64,000 nt of DNA, from assembly GCA_963710375.1 (NCBI GenBank), contig CAVPZX010000002.1, forward strand, positions 736,001-800,000, read 5' to 3'. How positions within the stretch are numbered: position 1 is the first letter of the stretch; each line of letters opens with the position of its first letter. This document shows, piece by piece, positions 39,175 to 50,340 of the stretch. Origin of the DNA: Nitrospirota bacterium (GTDB lineage Bacteria; Nitrospirota; Thermodesulfovibrionia; Thermodesulfovibrionales; Dissulfurispiraceae). A program made the position numbers and the translations under genes. The notes beneath the pieces are model-generated. The model worked only from the letters and a program-made list of their open reading frames with translations. It was not told where the DNA came from and did no database searches.

Positions 39175-40629
39175 ATGGAAATTAATAGGACAACCTCGAT
39201 GCTCTTAGTTACGTGCTTGATCATCGTGGTGGTTTTAAGCCTCGGGGTAGAAGCATACGCCGACATGTCCGTGATATCTCAGGAATCCATTAACGTTCTT
39301 TCCAGGGTAAACCGCGCGAAGGCGGAGATTGCCGCTGTTGTAAAGCCGGCAGTTGTGAGCATATCGGCTACAAAAACCATTAGATCAAGAAAAGCGGCCA
39401 GTTCTTTCGTCAATGATCCGCACTTCAGAAGGTTCTCCGGCTATGGGTCCGGTCCTAATGCGCAGCCAAGACAATGTAATCAGCCAAATCTCGGCTCTGG
39501 TGTTATCGTGGATGCCAACGGTTACATAATGACGAACAACCATGTAATAAAGGATGCGGACGATATAAAAATAAGACTTGATGACAAGAGAGAATTCAAT
39601 GGAAAGGTGGTAGGGACAGACCCGGAAAGTGATCTTGCAGTGATTAAGATTGACACCACGCATCTCCCATTCCTGAAATGGGGAGACTCGGACAAATTGG
39701 AGGTGGGTGCGACTGTATTAGCTGTCGGCGATCCTTATGGTTTAAACCAGACGGTAACTTCAGGGATTGTTTGCGCCACCGGCAGGACCAATGTAGGCAT
39801 AGCAGATTACGAGGATTTCATACAAACCGATGCACCGATAAATCCCGGAAACTCCGGAGGCCCTCTGGTCAATGTCAGGGGTGAACTTGTGGGAATCAAT
39901 ACCGCTATTTTCAGTACAACGGGAGGATACCAGGGAATCGGGTTTGCTATTCCGGCCAGGGTTGCAAAAGTTGTGATGAAAGAGCTCCTCAGTAATGGAA
40001 AGGTCACCAGGGGATGGCTGGGCGTCTCTGTTCAGGCAGTGACCCCTGGACTCGCGAAGCTTTTCGGAATAAGGGACCAGCAAGGCGCTCTCGTGGGGGA
40101 CATCGTAGAAAATAGCCCTGTCGAGAAAGCCGGTATCCGGAGAGGAGATATAATCGTGCAATATGACGGGAAAAAGGTGCTAGACCCGTCAAACCTCAGA
40201 AATATGGTTGCTGATACGCCCCCGAACAAGGAAGTTGTGATACAGCTTCTTCGCGGCGGAAAACCTGAAACCGTGAGTGCTGAGGTTGTTGAGATGCCGG
40301 AAGAGACACAAATGCCGTTGGAAGCGTCTTCCGACACGCAAGCTAGTGTTTTCAGCGGTGAGAAAGTTCAAGGTATCACGCCTGAATTAAGGAAAGAACT
40401 TAATGTTCCGGACCGGATGAACGGGGTGATCGTGACGAATATCGAAGATGGAAGCGCTGCCGATAAGGCCTTGATGAGCAAAGATGTAATACTGGAGATC
40501 AACAGAAAGAAAATAGAGAACATCAATGATTACGAAGCGGCTGTTGCGGAGATCAAAGCGGGTCAGGATGTTCTCTTGATGGTTTACAGGAATAAGTCAA
40601 CATTGTTTGTTGCCTTGACTCCCATATAA
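39175..40629 (+). CDS. HtrA/DegP/DegQ-family serine protease with two PDZ domains (start uncertain)
   Basis: GSGVI, TNNHV, DLAV and QTDAPINPGNSGG motifs; RGWLGV PDZ start. Confidence 0.95.
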   Translation: MEINRTTSMLLVTCLIIVVVLSLGVEAYADMSVISQESINVLSRVNRAKAEIAAVVKPAVVSISATKTIRSRKAASSFVNDPHFRRFSGYGSGPNAQPRQCNQPNLGSGVIVDANGYIMTNNHVIKDADDIKIRLDDKREFNGKVVGTDPESDLAVIKIDTTHLPFLKWGDSDKLEVGATVLAVGDPYGLNQTVTSGIVCATGRTNVGIADYEDFIQTDAPINPGNSGGPLVNVRGELVGINTAIFSTTGGYQGIGFAIPARVAKVVMKELLSNGKVTRGWLGVSVQAVTPGLAKLFGIRDQQGALVGDIVENSPVEKAGIRRGDIIVQYDGKKVLDPSNLRNMVADTPPNKEVVIQLLRGGKPETVSAEVVEMPEETQMPLEASSDTQASVFSGEKVQGITPELRKELNVPDRMNGVIVTNIEDGSAADKALMSKDVILEINRKKIENINDYEAAVAEIKAGQDVLLMVYRNKSTLFVALTPI

Positions 40630-40648
40630 ACAAGAAAAACCGGACAAT

Positions 40649-42661
40649 TCATCTGCCGCCTGCACCTGACATCAGTATCTTGTCACGCAGCCGTTTTATC
40701 TTATCCCTGAGCTCCGCTGCACGCTCGAAATCGAGCTTCTTGGCAGCCTCTCTCATCTCCGATTCCAACTCCTTGACAGCATCCTCGTTCAGAGCGTATT
40801 CCGCTGTCTCTTCGGCAGCAGCAGCAACTGTATAATAGTCGGACTCGTATATCGAACCCAGTATGTCTTTAATCCTGCTTTTTATTGATTCCGGGGTAAT
40901 CTTCATTTTTTTATTGTAATCCCCCTGGAGTTTCCTTCTTCGCTCGGTCTCATCAATGGCCTTCTTCATGGAGCGTGTTATGGTATCGGCATAGAGGAGC
41001 ACCGCTCCATTGATGTTTCGTGCAGCACGGCCCGCAGTCTGGATCAATGAACGCTCGGACCTGAGAAATCCTTCTTTGTCTGCATCGAATATGGCAACAA
41101 GGGAAACCTCCGGAAGGTCCAGACCCTCTCTAAGCAGATTGACACCTATCAGGACATCAAAAACGCCCAGACGGAGGTCCCGCAGAATCTCTATTCTCTG
41201 GAGTGTGTCTATGTCGGAATGAAGATACCTGGCCCGGACACCGATTTCAGTATAATAATCGGTGAGGTCCTCAGCCATTTTCTTCGTGAGCGTGGTCACC
41301 AGCACCCGCTCTCCCTTTGCAACTCTTTTCCGTATCTCTCCCAGCAGGTCGTCAACCTGTCCGCCTGCAGGCCTGACTGTCATTTTAGGATCCATCAGAC
41401 CTGTCGGCCGGATGACCTGTTCTACCACTCTGCCCCCTGACTTGCCGATCTCGTAATTGCTTGGGGTTGCCGATACATATATGGCCTGGTTCATGCGGCG
41501 CTCGAACTCGTCAAACCTAAACGGCCTGTTGTCCAGAGCAGAAGGGAGCCGGAACCCGTAATCCACCAATGTTTGTTTTCTGGAGCGGTCTCCTTCGTAC
41601 ATGCCGCCTATCTGCGGAATAGTTGCATGCGATTCATCTATTATCATCAGGAAATCTCCTTTGGACGGTCCGCTGATCATATAATCGATCAACGTATAAG
41701 GGGGTTCGCCCGGGAGCCTGCCGCTAAGGTGTCTTGAATAGTTTTCAATGCCATGGCAATAGCCGAACTCTCTCAGCATTTCGAGATCGAAACGGGTTCG
41801 CTGCTCAATTCTCTGGGCAAAGCTGATCTCGCCCTCGTTCCTGAAAAACCTTGTACGTTCCTCGAGCTCATTCTCGATGCCTGTGAATGCTTTTTTCAAT
41901 TTTGCTTCAGGTGTTATCCAGTGGCTGTTCGGGTAGAGCGTCAGTTTATGCATCCTGTTTATCCGGTCACCTGTCAGAGTGTCGAACTCGTAAAGCGCTT
42001 CAATATCATCTCCGAAAAAATCTATCCTCACCGCCTTGTCCCGGGAAAATGCCGGATATACTTCAACCATGTCTCCGCGCACCCTGAAATTGCCACGCTT
42101 GAATTCGGCGTCTGACCGGACGTAAAGTATGTCCACAAGCTGCCGTAAAAGGTCATTCCTTTTGATGCTCATGCCCTCTTCAATAAATATGTGCATACTA
42201 AGATAGTCTTCGGGTGAGCCAATGCCGTAAATACATGAGACAGAAGCCACAACGATGACGTCGGTCCTTTCTAGTATTGACATCGTTGCTGAATGCCTGA
42301 GTCTGTCTATATCATCATTGATCATGGAATCTTTTTCTATATAGGTATCTGTGGACGGGATATAAGCTTCAGGCTGGTAATAATCATAGTAGCTTACGAA
42401 AAACTCCACTGCGTTCTCCGGAAACAGCTCTTTGAATTCTCCGTACAGCTGCGCTGCCAACGCCTTATTGTGAGCTATAATAAGAGCCGGTTTGTTGAGA
42501 TTGGCAATAACATGCGCAACAGTAAATGTCTTGCCCGAGCCGGTAACGCCGAGGAGGACCTGATGCCTGAGGTCCTTAATTACCCCTTCGGTCAGCTCAT
42601 CTATCGCCTTCGGCTGGTCTCCTTTGGGAGTGAAGCTCGTCTCTAGTTTAAATTCATCCAT
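40649..42661 (-). CDS. uvrB: Excinuclease ABC subunit B
   Basis: [22 protein letters not shown] and [11 protein letters not shown] motifs. Confidence 0.99.
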   Translation of the reverse strand: MDEFKLETSFTPKGDQPKAIDELTEGVIKDLRHQVLLGVTGSGKTFTVAHVIANLNKPALIIAHNKALAAQLYGEFKELFPENAVEFFVSYYDYYQPEAYIPSTDTYIEKDSMINDDIDRLRHSATMSILERTDVIVVASVSCIYGIGSPEDYLSMHIFIEEGMSIKRNDLLRQLVDILYVRSDAEFKRGNFRVRGDMVEVYPAFSRDKAVRIDFFGDDIEALYEFDTLTGDRINRMHKLTLYPNSHWITPEAKLKKAFTGIENELEERTRFFRNEGEISFAQRIEQRTRFDLEMLREFGYCHGIENYSRHLSGRLPGEPPYTLIDYMISGPSKGDFLMIIDESHATIPQIGGMYEGDRSRKQTLVDYGFRLPSALDNRPFRFDEFERRMNQAIYVSATPSNYEIGKSGGRVVEQVIRPTGLMDPKMTVRPAGGQVDDLLGEIRKRVAKGERVLVTTLTKKMAEDLTDYYTEIGVRARYLHSDIDTLQRIEILRDLRLGVFDVLIGVNLLREGLDLPEVSLVAIFDADKEGFLRSERSLIQTAGRAARNINGAVLLYADTITRSMKKAIDETERRRKLQGDYNKKMKITPESIKSRIKDILGSIYESDYYTVAAAAEETAEYALNEDAVKELESEMREAAKKLDFERAAELRDKIKRLRDKILMSGAGGR

Positions 42662-42819
42662 GGGTTTATGCTAATATAAGTATACCAGTTGCTTTTGTGC
42701 TTAATGGTTTTACGGCGCATCCGGTAAAGCTGCTGTACATTTATTATAAATGAGTGCGGTATGTTTTCTCTAATACCCCCATGTCGATTACTTGACAGGA
42801 TTGAAGAGAGATTGACTGT

Positions 42820-44253
42820 ATGAAACGAGGATGTTTCAGGACTCCCACCCTTCCTATTCATGATATCCATGAAGAATGCGGCGTATTCGGCGTTTTTGAC
42901 CATCCTGAAGCAGCCAATCTCGCCTATCTGGGACTTTATGCCCTGCAGCACCGCGGCCAGGAAGGGGCAGGCATTTGCTCTTCCGACGGGAAGAACATTT
43001 ACATAGAAAAGGCGCTCGGCCTCGTCGCCGACATCTTCAGCGAGAAAAGGCTGAAACGACTGCCCGGTTCAATTGCCATAGGTCACAACCGGTATTCAAC
43101 TGCAGGCGGCGGAGGGATCAAGAATGTACAACCCCTCATAGCGAATTTCGCGCTGGGCTCCATAGCCCTGGCGCACAACGGAAACCTTGTCAACGCCGAA
43201 CAGGTAAGGTCAGGACTTGAGGCTGAAGGATCAATCTTCCAATCATCATCAGACAGCGAGGTGATCCTGCACCTGATCGCAAGGTCAAAGCAAGAGGACC
43301 CATACGAGCGCATTATTGAAGCGCTTCGCAGCGTAAGCGGAGCTTACAGCCTCCTGTTCCTAAGAGAATCAGAACTGATCGTTGCACGGGACCCCTTCGG
43401 CGTAAGGCCACTTTCTATCGGCACCGTGGACGGCGCATATGTTGTGGCCTCGGAGACCTGTGCATTTGACCTGATCGGCGCTGAATATATCAGGGATGTT
43501 GAACCCGGTGAATTGATCATAATTGACCGCAACGGCCTGCGTTCCCTGAGAGCGGTGCAAAGCACCAGAAAGGCCCATTGTGTTTTTGAGTTTATCTATT
43601 TTGCCCGGCCCGACAGCTATATTTTCAACCATTCATGCGTGAACACCGTGCGCAAAACTCTGGGCAAACAACTTGCGCTGGAATCCTATGTCGATGCCGA
43701 TATCGTAGTGCCTGTCCCTGATTCCGGGGTGCCTGCGGCGATCGGTTTTGCCGAGCAGTCAGGGATACCTTTTGATTTCGGTCTCATAAGAAACCATTAT
43801 ATAGGGAGAACCTTTATAGAGCCAAAACAGAGCATCCGCCATTTTGGCGTAAAAATAAAGCTCAACCCTGTGCGGGACCTTCTGCAAGGGAAAAGTGTGG
43901 TAGTGGTCGACGACTCCATTGTAAGGGGCACGACGAGCAAGAAAATAGTAAAAATGATCAGGGAGATCGGGGGCGCAAAAAAGGTTCATATGAGAATATG
44001 CTCCCCTCCGACAATTGGCCCCTGCTTTTATGGGATTGATACTCCGACGCGGTATGAACTTATCGCATCGAGCCACATGACCGAAGAGATAAGAAAATAT
44101 CTGACCGCTGACAGCCTTGCCTATATGAGTATAGATGGCTTAAAAAAAATCCTTCCTAATCCCCAGGATTTTTGCACTGCATGCTTTGATAACAAGTATC
44201 CTATAGAATTCCCGGGAAAGCTGCTCGAACAGATGGAATTGGCCTTCTCATGA
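42820..44253 (+). CDS. purF: Amidophosphoribosyltransferase
   Basis: EECGVFG, LQHRGQE, GHNRYST and VVVDDSIVRGTT motifs. Confidence 0.98.
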   Translation: MKRGCFRTPTLPIHDIHEECGVFGVFDHPEAANLAYLGLYALQHRGQEGAGICSSDGKNIYIEKALGLVADIFSEKRLKRLPGSIAIGHNRYSTAGGGGIKNVQPLIANFALGSIALAHNGNLVNAEQVRSGLEAEGSIFQSSSDSEVILHLIARSKQEDPYERIIEALRSVSGAYSLLFLRESELIVARDPFGVRPLSIGTVDGAYVVASETCAFDLIGAEYIRDVEPGELIIIDRNGLRSLRAVQSTRKAHCVFEFIYFARPDSYIFNHSCVNTVRKTLGKQLALESYVDADIVVPVPDSGVPAAIGFAEQSGIPFDFGLIRNHYIGRTFIEPKQSIRHFGVKIKLNPVRDLLQGKSVVVVDDSIVRGTTSKKIVKMIREIGGAKKVHMRICSPPTIGPCFYGIDTPTRYELIASSHMTEEIRKYLTADSLAYMSIDGLKKILPNPQDFCTACFDNKYPIEFPGKLLEQMELAFS

Positions 44254-45380
44254 TCACCTCCGCACTTAGGTCCGTTTATACATCTAACCTCGGCGTAAAG
44301 CACTCTGAGAGGGTGTTGGTGTTCACCGATACCATTACAGCAGCAGAAACTGTCGATGAGCAGGAACACTGCAGAAGGGAACGGCTCAGAGACATAGCGC
44401 TTCTGACTGCCGAGATCGGCAAAGTATACGCAAAAAAAATTATCTACAAGGAATTCCCCGCCACCGGGAGCCACGGTTCAGAGCCTCCAGAGGAACTCTG
44501 GCGCAGCGCCTTTGGTGATACGACACTCAACGAGTTAAGAAAGTCAGAACTTCTCGATGATCTTCTGGATAAAACGCTTGCCGGAGACCGGCTGAATAAG
44601 GCAGCAGCTATAATCGCCAAACATAAAAGGTCTGCAGTCGATGCAGTTATCGCCCTTTCCAATTATTCTACAAGTCATACACAGTTCAGGAATTTTTTGA
44701 CCGGCCTGTGCGGCAGCCGTTATGCCAGCATGCCGCTCTTCGATTTTGCCATGTTCGAGGGACCGATGGGAACTGACTGGAAGGAGTTGTCAAAAAAGAC
44801 TCTTGCAGTCGCAAAGATGGTGAACAAAGCTGAAACTGTTGAGGTGACCGCGCCCAACGGTTCAGGGCTTACCCTGTCAAAGAAGGGCAGAAAGGCTCTA
44901 GCTGATACCGGAATCCTTACCAGACCAGGGGCCTTTGGGAACCTTCCTGCAGGAGAAGTCTTTTTCGCTCCTCTTGAGGAGAATGCACAGGGGGTGCTCG
45001 TACTGGAATGGGCGCCTACACGGCAGTTAAATAAACCTGTAACCTTATTGATCAAAGACGGCGTAGTGCAGGAGGTTTCCGGAGATGATCCGTATGCAGT
45101 TGTCCTTAAGGCAAAACTTGCCGAGCGGCCGGAGAACAGGAACATCGCAGAGCTGGGAATTGGCACCAATAGCATGGCAAAAAGGCCTGACAACATTCTC
45201 GAATCTGAAAAAATACTTGGCACAATACATGTCGCGCTGGGTGACAACAGTTCGTTCGGAGGGAAAATAAGTACCTCGTTTCATCAGGATTTTGTACTAT
45301 TCAAGCCCACCGTAGTCCTGGTGGCAAAAGACAACTCGCAAACCTGTCTGATTAAAAACGGTCGTTTCTCTTATACATAA
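44250..45380 (+). CDS. M29-like thermophilic metalloprotease / aminopeptidase
   Basis: GNLPAGEVF, IAELGIGTN, ESEKILGTIHVALGDN and HQD motifs. Confidence 0.88.
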   Translation: MITSALRSVYTSNLGVKHSERVLVFTDTITAAETVDEQEHCRRERLRDIALLTAEIGKVYAKKIIYKEFPATGSHGSEPPEELWRSAFGDTTLNELRKSELLDDLLDKTLAGDRLNKAAAIIAKHKRSAVDAVIALSNYSTSHTQFRNFLTGLCGSRYASMPLFDFAMFEGPMGTDWKELSKKTLAVAKMVNKAETVEVTAPNGSGLTLSKKGRKALADTGILTRPGAFGNLPAGEVFFAPLEENAQGVLVLEWAPTRQLNKPVTLLIKDGVVQEVSGDDPYAVVLKAKLAERPENRNIAELGIGTNSMAKRPDNILESEKILGTIHVALGDNSSFGGKISTSFHQDFVLFKPTVVLVAKDNSQTCLIKNGRFSYT

Positions 45381-45443
45381 TCACATTCAGACAGCTTTGG
45401 GGCATAACAACAGGAAGTGGTAAGGAGCGGACCAGGTCAGGAC

Positions 45444-45758
45444 ATGGAAGCGGTTGTCATTTATATAACAGCGCCCAATGAGGAAGAGGGGACGAAGATA
45501 GCGCGTGTGCTTATAGAAGAGCGGCTTGCAGGATGCGTAAATATCGTTAAGCCCATCCGCTCTATTTACCGTTGGCACGAAAATATCGAGGATGATACAG
45601 AGATACTTATGATTGTGAAGACTCAGAAACAGCTTTTTGAATCCCTTGAAAACAGGGTCAGAGAGCTGCACAGCTATACAATCCCCGAGATTATTGCGGT
45701 GCCTGTTGTTGAGGGTTCCAAGGGCTACCTTAAATGGCTTGAGGATGTTACCGGATAG
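45444..45758 (+). CDS. cutA: Divalent-cation tolerance protein CutA
   Basis: LAGCVN, SIYRW and HSYTIPEII motifs. Confidence 0.95.
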   Translation: MEAVVIYITAPNEEEGTKIARVLIEERLAGCVNIVKPIRSIYRWHENIEDDTEILMIVKTQKQLFESLENRVRELHSYTIPEIIAVPVVEGSKGYLKWLEDVTG

Positions 45759-45762
45759 CTCA

Positions 45763-46078
45763 ATGAAAGATAAAGACTATACCAGCATAATTTGCAAGGG
45801 ATTCTGCTCTTTTTACAGAGAGGGCAAAGAGGACCTATCCTGCGGCACCTACCTGTTTCTCAGAAACAACCTTACGCTGTGCGAGCCTCCGCTCCGTACT
45901 TGTCTTGTCAAAAATGGATGATCTCCCATCGGGAAACGTTTTTCCTGCGGATGAAGAGATAAAAAGGCTTGTCTGCGATAAATGCGATTTCCTGGTTGAC
46001 GGATGCGATTTCAGGGAAGACGGCTCACATCCCCCCTGCGGTGGATACAGCATTATAGCGATGCTATTAAAACACTAA
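45763..46078 (+). pseudogene. Cys-rich hypothetical gene split by a +1 frameshift near 45886
   Basis: MKDKDYTSIICKGFCSFY...LCE continues in the +1 frame as LRSV...VCDKCDFLVDGCDFR...PPCGGY...LKH-stop; span is 3n+1. Confidence 0.7.
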
Positions 46079-46095
46079 CTAAGGGCTCGCTCGCC

Positions 46096-46497
46096 CTATG
46101 CTCCGCCAAGCCGGTTGATGATTTTTTCAATTTGTCGCGGTGGTTGCTGATTTTGTGTCATGTTTTCATTGTTGTTTACAGCAGCCTGATTGGAATTATT
46201 ATAAGCCCTGATTGCCTGTGCTGCCTCGGCATTTTGATTTGCCTGGGACTGCTGCACTGCCGGTGTGTTTCCATTTCCGGCCGGAATAGAGGCCTGTGCT
46301 GTCGCAGCCGCTGCTATACCTACAGCGCTTAAAGTAACCGTCACATCTGCTACAGCCGGCACCGGGACGTTTTCGAGTGCACCACCGGCCGGCGCCAATG
46401 CCTGCGTGCGGTTAGCTTTCTTCCCTGGCTGCTGGGTATCGTTAAGGACATCTGCTATATTAGCCACATTATTATTTGGAATCAGGCTTGCCTGCAT
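46096..46497 (-). CDS. Low-complexity Ala/Asn/Gln-rich hypothetical protein
   Basis: AAGGAGGA RBS 4 nt before ATG; fills the gap after hisD. Confidence 0.7.
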   Translation of the reverse strand: MQASLIPNNNVANIADVLNDTQQPGKKANRTQALAPAGGALENVPVPAVADVTVTLSAVGIAAAATAQASIPAGNGNTPAVQQSQANQNAEAAQAIRAYNNSNQAAVNNNENMTQNQQPPRQIEKIINRLGGA

Positions 46498-46536
46498 ATG
46501 GTCCTCCTTTAAAAAATAATACCGAAACTAATACTG

Positions 46537-47835
46537 TTATCGACCCTGCTCTTTAAGATAGCCTCTCCTGACCCTGATGGTATTCGAATGGGCCTCAAGC
46601 CCCTCAACCTCTGCAATCGCCTCCACCGTATCTGATAATAGCATAAAACTTTTCCTATCAAATTGCAATACACTAGTCCTCTTGATAAAATCATACACGC
46701 CAAGGGGAGATGAAAACCTGGCAGTGCCTCCTGTAGGTAGGGTGTGGTTGGGTCCGGCAGCATAATCACCCAGAGGTTCAGGTGTCCAGGGACCAAGAAA
46801 GACTGCGCCTGCATTATGAATAAAATCAAGGGTCTTTTCAGGTTGCTCTGTCATTATCTCAAGATGCTCAGGCGCGATACCGTTTGCTATGTCAGAGGCC
46901 TTCTCTATATCCTCTGTCAAAATCATGGCACCAAATCGTTTTAAAGATCTCCTTGCGATATCCAGTCTATTTGGACTTAAACGCCTGACCTGTTTTTCAA
47001 GATCACGGGCAACTTCGCTAATGAGCCTTTCCGAGTCTGTTATCAATATGCTGGAAGCGAGCTCGTCATGCTCTGCCTGGCTTATCATATCTGCCGCAAC
47101 AAAAGCCGGATTTGCAGTTGCATCGGCTATGATCAATATCTCACTCGGTCCCGCAATCATATCGATTGCAACTTCACCGAAAACCATCTTTTTCGCCAGG
47201 GCCACATAGATATTTCCCGGGCCGACTATTTTATCCACTTTTTTTATGATCTTTGTGCCGTATGCCATTGCTCCGATAGCCTGGGCCCCGCCTATCCTGT
47301 ACACCTCCCGCACGCCCAAAAGCTCTATTGCAGCCATAACATATGGGTTTATGTCTCCTCCGGGGGTAGGTACGCACAGGGCAATTTCATCGACCCCTGC
47401 CACGAGCGCAGGAATCACATTCATCAATACCGTTGATGGGTATGAGGCCTTGCCGCCGGGCACATAGACGCCCACACGCGCAAGCGGCCTGATCATCTGC
47501 CCCAGCACTTCACCGTTTGCCCTATATGACCATGAACTCTCCTTTTGTTTTTCATGGAAATTCCTGATCCTGGTTGCAGCGATTTCGAGCGCCTTGATAC
47601 TATGTTTTTCAGCTTTTGCAGCATACTTTTTTATTTCTGTCGGCTTAAGCCTTAAAGGCAGTTCATGCCTGTCAAACCTTTTGGTATATTTTGTTACTGA
47701 CACATCTCCTTTTTTCTTTATATCAGCAAGTATCGCCCGCACCGCTTTCTCAGTACCCGGCTCAATACCGGCAGCCCTCTTTTTGAGCAGCTGAAGAAAG
47801 GTCGCTATTTCACTCTTTTTCTTTAAAATCCTCAT
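46537..47835 (-). CDS. hisD: Histidinol dehydrogenase
   Basis: GVYVPGG, IDMIAGPSE, QAEH, APEHLE and GPNHTLPT motifs. Confidence 0.98.
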   Translation of the reverse strand: MRILKKKSEIATFLQLLKKRAAGIEPGTEKAVRAILADIKKKGDVSVTKYTKRFDRHELPLRLKPTEIKKYAAKAEKHSIKALEIAATRIRNFHEKQKESSWSYRANGEVLGQMIRPLARVGVYVPGGKASYPSTVLMNVIPALVAGVDEIALCVPTPGGDINPYVMAAIELLGVREVYRIGGAQAIGAMAYGTKIIKKVDKIVGPGNIYVALAKKMVFGEVAIDMIAGPSEILIIADATANPAFVAADMISQAEHDELASSILITDSERLISEVARDLEKQVRRLSPNRLDIARRSLKRFGAMILTEDIEKASDIANGIAPEHLEIMTEQPEKTLDFIHNAGAVFLGPWTPEPLGDYAAGPNHTLPTGGTARFSSPLGVYDFIKRTSVLQFDRKSFMLLSDTVEAIAEVEGLEAHSNTIRVRRGYLKEQGR

Positions 47836-47927
47836 ATTCTCGTCCTCCATTATGTGTACAATAATGAAGTATGTGCGTATTGTCAATCTGACGAACAAAG
47901 ATTAGGTGATGGATTCTGGTTTAGTAA

Positions 47928-48812
47928 TCAGCTTGAAAATTTTGTCTGTCTAAAGCTGGGTTTCTTACGATCAATTTCAGCAATAACCTGGGCACAAAAT
48001 AAAAGGATGACTGCTGCCGCCTCGAAACTGAGAAGTGTCACCACTGCTGCGGCAAAGGAGCCATAAATTAGATTCACCATTGAGAGTGTCGAATAGTACC
48101 ACACCAAGAACCGCCGGGTGATCTCCCACAATATTGTTGCGCCTATTCCTCCGATAAATGCATGATAAAAGGTAATGCGTCCCACAGGCATAACCAAATA
48201 CACCGAAGTCAACATGAGCACCTCACCAATCATGCCCAAGAAGTACAGGATGGTCAATGGTGCACCACTGAGTCTTATCTGCCAGCCGAAAATTAACAAT
48301 TGCGTGTTTTCGAAAACCTCTAACGCTCCAGCAATAAACGATACGAGGAGCATCCCGAGCCCAAGCAGCAAGATATAAATGTAGGGAATAATAGCCGAAA
48401 TTAAAAAATGACGGCGCCGAATCGTGACACGGTGGAAGAAAATGACCGACATAGCATTTTCAAGTACCATAAAGGCAAAAGAACTAAAAAACAACATAAC
48501 AAGAAACCCAATACTTCCGACCACCTGACGGTGATTAACAAATGTTCTCACTTGTTCAGTTAAAGCTGCAGCATAACTCGGGATCACCATGGTCAGATGT
48601 ATGGAAACGGTCTGGAGCAACCTGGCTTCATCCATAAAATGCGAAAGTACAATAAGCATCAGGATTAACATTGGTATGACTGATAAGAGGGTATAATAAG
48701 CAACAGCTCCAGCCAGCAACATTCCCTGATTCCGCTGAAAACTGCGTAGCACGCTCCATAGGAAACCGCCTATCCGGATAGCGAGCGATCCTCTCTTCCT
48801 CGTCTGCTTCAT
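47928..48812 (-). CDS. YihY/virulence factor BrkB-family membrane protein
   Basis: AGAVAYYTLLSVIP and YGSFAAAVVTLL motifs. Confidence 0.9.
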   Translation of the reverse strand: MKQTRKRGSLAIRIGGFLWSVLRSFQRNQGMLLAGAVAYYTLLSVIPMLILMLIVLSHFMDEARLLQTVSIHLTMVIPSYAAALTEQVRTFVNHRQVVGSIGFLVMLFFSSFAFMVLENAMSVIFFHRVTIRRRHFLISAIIPYIYILLLGLGMLLVSFIAGALEVFENTQLLIFGWQIRLSGAPLTILYFLGMIGEVLMLTSVYLVMPVGRITFYHAFIGGIGATILWEITRRFLVWYYSTLSMVNLIYGSFAAAVVTLLSFEAAAVILLFCAQVIAEIDRKKPSFRQTKFSS

Positions 48813-48888
48813 AGTAAAACAACGCTCACATTTGAAGGTGAAATATCGGAATGCCCATTCTGAAAAAAGTTGACTGAGCCTTGACTCA

Positions 48889-50340
48889 TCAGCGAGATAC
48901 CGGAAGAGTGGGAGATTCGCACTGGTCTGGAGCGTTCCAGCCGCCGCCCAGGGCCTCGATCAGAAGCACACTGGCGCTCATCCTGCGGCCAAGAATATTG
49001 ACTGCGGTGTTTTCGTCGGCCAACTCCGTTGACTGACTGACAATGACGTTGAGGTAGCTGACCGTCCCGGCCTTGTATTGGTTGGTGATCACAGCCACGG
49101 TTTTCCGGGCAGCCTTAACTGCTTCATCCTCCACCCCGGCCTCTTGCTCCAGGATTCGAAGCGCAGCCAGATTGTCTTCGACCTCCTGAAATCCCGTGAG
49201 CACAGCCTGCCGGTAGGAAGCCACACTTGCGTCGTAGGCTGCTCTCGCCTGCTCAGTCATCGCGCTCCTTAAGCCGGCGTCGAACACGGTCTCCGAGATC
49301 GCCGATCCGATTGACCACAAGCGGCTCGGCCATGTCAGCCATTTTGAAATATCAGAGGACGCAAAGCCGCCCGATGCGCTTAGAGTGATACTGGGATAAA
49401 ATGCGGATTCGGCTACTCCTATTTGTGCGTTTGCCGAAGCGACCAATCGCTCGGCAGCAGCGATATCCGGCCTCCGCTGGAGGAGTTCGGACGGTATGCC
49501 TGCTGGAATGGAAGGCGCGACAGCAGACAACGGGGCAAATGGAATCGAAAAATCCGACGCCGGTTTTCCTGCAAGCAACGCGATAGCGTGTTCCATTTGT
49601 GCTCGCTGCACACCGACGTCAATCGCCTGGGCCTCGGTGGTCTTGAGCTGGGTTTCAGCCTGGAGCACGTCAGCAATGGAATCCACGCCTTGCGCATACA
49701 GGGACTTCGTCAGTTCGAGGGACTTTCTATAGTTGGCAACTGTGGAGTCCAAAAGCTGTTTCTGCGCATCCAGTGTGCGCAACTGAAAATAGTCTTGCGC
49801 CAGCTCACCCTGAGAACTCAACTGGGTCGCTCCGAGGTCTGCCGCGCTTGCCTGGGCATTCGCCTGACTGGCTTCGACCGTGCGGCGGACCCGGCCCCAG
49901 ACATCAGGCACCCAGGATACGTTGACAGGCAGTTGGTAGTTCGAAATGCCGGACATGCTGCTTCTTCCTGTGCCGTTCACCACTGAGCTGCGGGTACGCG
50001 TAAAAGAGGCCCCGGCCGTGACTGTTGGAAAATAGCCGGCCCTAGTCTGCTGGACCAGCGCCCGCGCCTGCCGGAACTGGGCTTCAGCCGCAATAATGTT
50101 CTGGTTAGAGATGTTGACCTGCTCTTCGAGGGCATTCAACCGAGGGTCATTAAATATCTCCCACCATGCACCCTTTATGCAATTGTCCTTCGGCTGCGCA
50201 GCCTTCCAGCCGGCCGCTTCCTTATAGGAGGCAGGCACCACGGCTGTCGGCCTCACGTAATCAGGGCCTACTGTACAGGCGGTCAAAAGGGTAAAGGTCC
50301 CGGTGATCATCAAAAACTTTGCGATCTTCTGCTGCATCAT
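48889..50340 (-). CDS. NodT/OprM-family outer-membrane efflux lipoprotein
   Basis: Lipobox LTAC-TVGPDY; PSELLQRRPDIAAAER; ALGGGW. Confidence 0.95.
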   Translation of the reverse strand: MMQQKIAKFLMITGTFTLLTACTVGPDYVRPTAVVPASYKEAAGWKAAQPKDNCIKGAWWEIFNDPRLNALEEQVNISNQNIIAAEAQFRQARALVQQTRAGYFPTVTAGASFTRTRSSVVNGTGRSSMSGISNYQLPVNVSWVPDVWGRVRRTVEASQANAQASAADLGATQLSSQGELAQDYFQLRTLDAQKQLLDSTVANYRKSLELTKSLYAQGVDSIADVLQAETQLKTTEAQAIDVGVQRAQMEHAIALLAGKPASDFSIPFAPLSAVAPSIPAGIPSELLQRRPDIAAAERLVASANAQIGVAESAFYPSITLSASGGFASSDISKWLTWPSRLWSIGSAISETVFDAGLRSAMTEQARAAYDASVASYRQAVLTGFQEVEDNLAALRILEQEAGVEDEAVKAARKTVAVITNQYKAGTVSYLNVIVSQSTELADENTAVNILGRRMSASVLLIEALGGGWNAPDQCESPTLPVSR

